Under the pieces are notes generated by a model that saw only the letters and a list, made by a program, of their open reading frames with translations, did no database searches and had not been told where the DNA came from. The position numbers and the translations under genes were made by a program. 52,994 nucleotides of DNA. Source: an uncultured Candidatus Rokubacteria bacterium (GTDB lineage Bacteria > Methylomirabilota > Methylomirabilia > Rokubacteriales > DASRDR01). Below, one piece after another: positions 51,280-52,994 of the stretch (the stretch's first letter is position 1; each line of letters starts with the position of its first letter). Where the stretch lies: the NCBI GenBank assembly GCA_963708025.1, contig CAVPSB010000048.1, forward strand, positions 1 through 52,994, in the 5' to 3' direction.

Positions 51280-52224
51280 ATGGCACGATCAAAGACCTGG
51301 CCGCGGTTCGCACAATCGCTGAGCGAAGCGCTCGCCGGGTTCTTGAGGAGGATCAGTACCTGATCCTTGAGCGCAAGAGCGGGTGGGGCTATGAGCAGTT
51401 CGCGGTGCAGGGGCAACACGGTCTGCGGGCGGAGGCGATGTCCAATGGTCTCTGTCGCCCGACAAGCAGCTCTCTTCGGCTGCCGCAAAACGAATGACAG
51501 ATCTCGGCTGGTTGGCCCCGACCGGGAGCCCAGAAGGTTCGACCCCCAAAGAAGACCCTGACGGATCCCCGAATTATTTCATCGATTGGCCACGCCCGGT
51601 TCCGTTCGATACGGTTGCGCAGCTTGCGGTCAACACACTCCGTCGATGTCTACGAGATCTCGCACCCTGGCTGGATGCACTACAAGGCCTTTGCGCGCGG
51701 CGGCGCGCAAATTCTGCTACCTTCGCTCGGCATCAGTCGCGAGGCTCCGAAGGCATCGCCGCGAACGAACGAGCCCGAAACGATCGAGGCTATCCGGGTT
51801 CGAGTGCTTGAAAGGGTGCGGGCGGTAACATCGGATCCGAAGCTGGAGCCAGGGATCGGATGGCGATATACCGATTCGTGTTGGCAGCTCGGCCGTGTTC
51901 GTCGGATCTTCGGCGATCCACCGACAGTTCGCATCTGGTCGCCGGTTCTCGGCGATTCGGAATCCGGCTCTAAGCTAATGGTTCGTATCAATGAGCTCAA
52001 CGCGTAGACCATGTTCGTGAAATGGCTCGTCGAGGGGTCGGTCGTCGTCGTGACCATGGACCTTTTCGGTCAGGGGCTCCCGACTGAGCACGTGTTGGAC
52101 GCCTGCGGGGATTGTCGGGACTGCTTCCAATGAGATGGATGAACAGTTGCAGGAGGACTTTGGCGGCCGGACGTACTTCGGTGAGATGAAGCCGGCACCG
52201 CGCGGTGTCGGTGGCTATGTTTAG
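51280..52224 (+). pseudogene. Decayed TY-Chap (T3SS/YbjN-like peptide-binding chaperone) gene
   Basis: Across frames: W..F...L, QFAVQG..GLRAEA.SN, LGWLAP..DGSPNYF, VYEISHP, PPTVRIWSPVL, LQEDFGGRT..GGYV*; several frameshifts plus in-frame TAG at 52005. Confidence 0.6.
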
Positions 52225-52302
52225 GTTGGGCAGGATGGCTGGTAGTGTTCCTGGTCTGGTGGAAAGTGCATGGGGCGACCTTCCGGCTCACCAGCAGGAT
52301 CA

Positions 52303-52540
52303 CTACTCGATGATCTCATCCGCCCGTGCGAGCACCGTGGGCGGAATGGTGAGGCCCAGCGCCTTCGCGGTCTTGAGGTTGATGACCAGCTCGAACCTGG
52401 TGGGATGCTCGACCGGAAGCTCGGCGGGCTTGGCTCCCCGCAGAATCTCGGCGACGAGTCAGCCGCACGCACGTTCAGCCATCGAACGCTTGCTCCGTAC
52501 GATACGAGACCGCCGAGCTGCGCAAACTCCTTCGCGCCCT
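52303..52540 (-). pseudogene. C-terminal fragment of an ABC_sub_bind protein
   Basis: [54 protein letters not shown]. Confidence 0.8.
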
Positions 52541-52819
52541 CGTTCGTGTTGGGGGCGCCTTGGCGCAGGAAGCTGTCAGCCAACGCTAGAGCCGGGGCGG
52601 GCGGCGCCGGCTCTCGGAAGACCAATACGTCGCGGGGCCCCGCCATGCCACTTGCGAAGACCCCAGATCCACTCCCAGCGGCGAGAATTCCGCCCCTGTG
52701 CCGACTCTCTTGGCGTTCCTTGGGTTGTCGCGAACATCGGCTATCTTCAACCGAGTCGGAAGAGGTTTTGGGAAGGCCGGGGACATCGGGGGGGTCTTCC
52801 GAGACCGACCCGGAGTACT

Positions 52820-52994
52820 CACTGGTCCCTGAGCGCACCGCGCCCGGACCGTGGTGCCGCTCCCCGGGGCGAACTGGACGATGTGCTGCGTCCGCCCGCC
52901 AGTTCCACGCGCTCCGCCAGGCTCAGGAGACCCAGGCTCGAGCCGGCCCGCGCGCGCCGGTGCGCGGCCGCCACGTCGAAGCCCACCCCGTCGT
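52820..52994 (-). CDS. C-terminus of a NarX-type histidine kinase ATPase domain (partial, frameshifted)
   Basis: DDGVGFD..SLGLLSLAERVELAGG..PGSGTTVR. Confidence 0.7.

Noticed and set aside
52284-52293. CGGCTCACCA matching the tRNA-Lys 3' end (possible attR)
   Set aside because: Only 10 bp, and the interval would include core genes tig-clpP-clpX.

Overview
GC-rich bacterial window. The paralogous 'ARADEVIQ'-type substrate-binding proteins and the repeat style suggest a Rokubacteria/Methylomirabilota-like genome (inference only). Single-base frameshifts occur even in core genes such as clpX, so many are probably uncorrected long-read errors. The layout is: (1) 1-4700, an accessory mosaic with a Kelch protein, gene fragments, a double DUF1801 protein and a cupin, bracketed by two diverged, inward-facing IS91-like ori ends that each truncate a gene exactly at GAAC; (2) tRNA-Arg(TCT), glpX and a cyclase remnant; (3) a sugar ABC operon, a GH31 glycosidase and a rhomboid; (4) a signalling operon: UrtA/AmiC-like binding protein, Cache-HAMP histidine kinase, receiver protein and HisKA-HisKA-REC-adenylyl cyclase; (5) a His/Arg/Arg/Lys tRNA cluster followed by a sulfide and arsenic detox islet; (6) core tRNA-Leu-tig-clpP-clpX-rsmI-thiD-tatC-DEAD helicase; (7) a catabolic cluster (SDR, OYE flavoprotein, hydantoinase A/B, Liv-type ABC) with a duplicated promoter; (8) SBP paralogs, NIPSNAP, tRNA-Leu and tRNA-Ala; (9) an islet arsR-pstS-three-helix protein-aquaporin-arsC joined to an ADP-ribosylglycohydrolase and a decayed TY-Chap gene. 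No CRISPR array, rRNA or intact integrase was seen. All family assignments come from motif recognition by eye, not from database searches.
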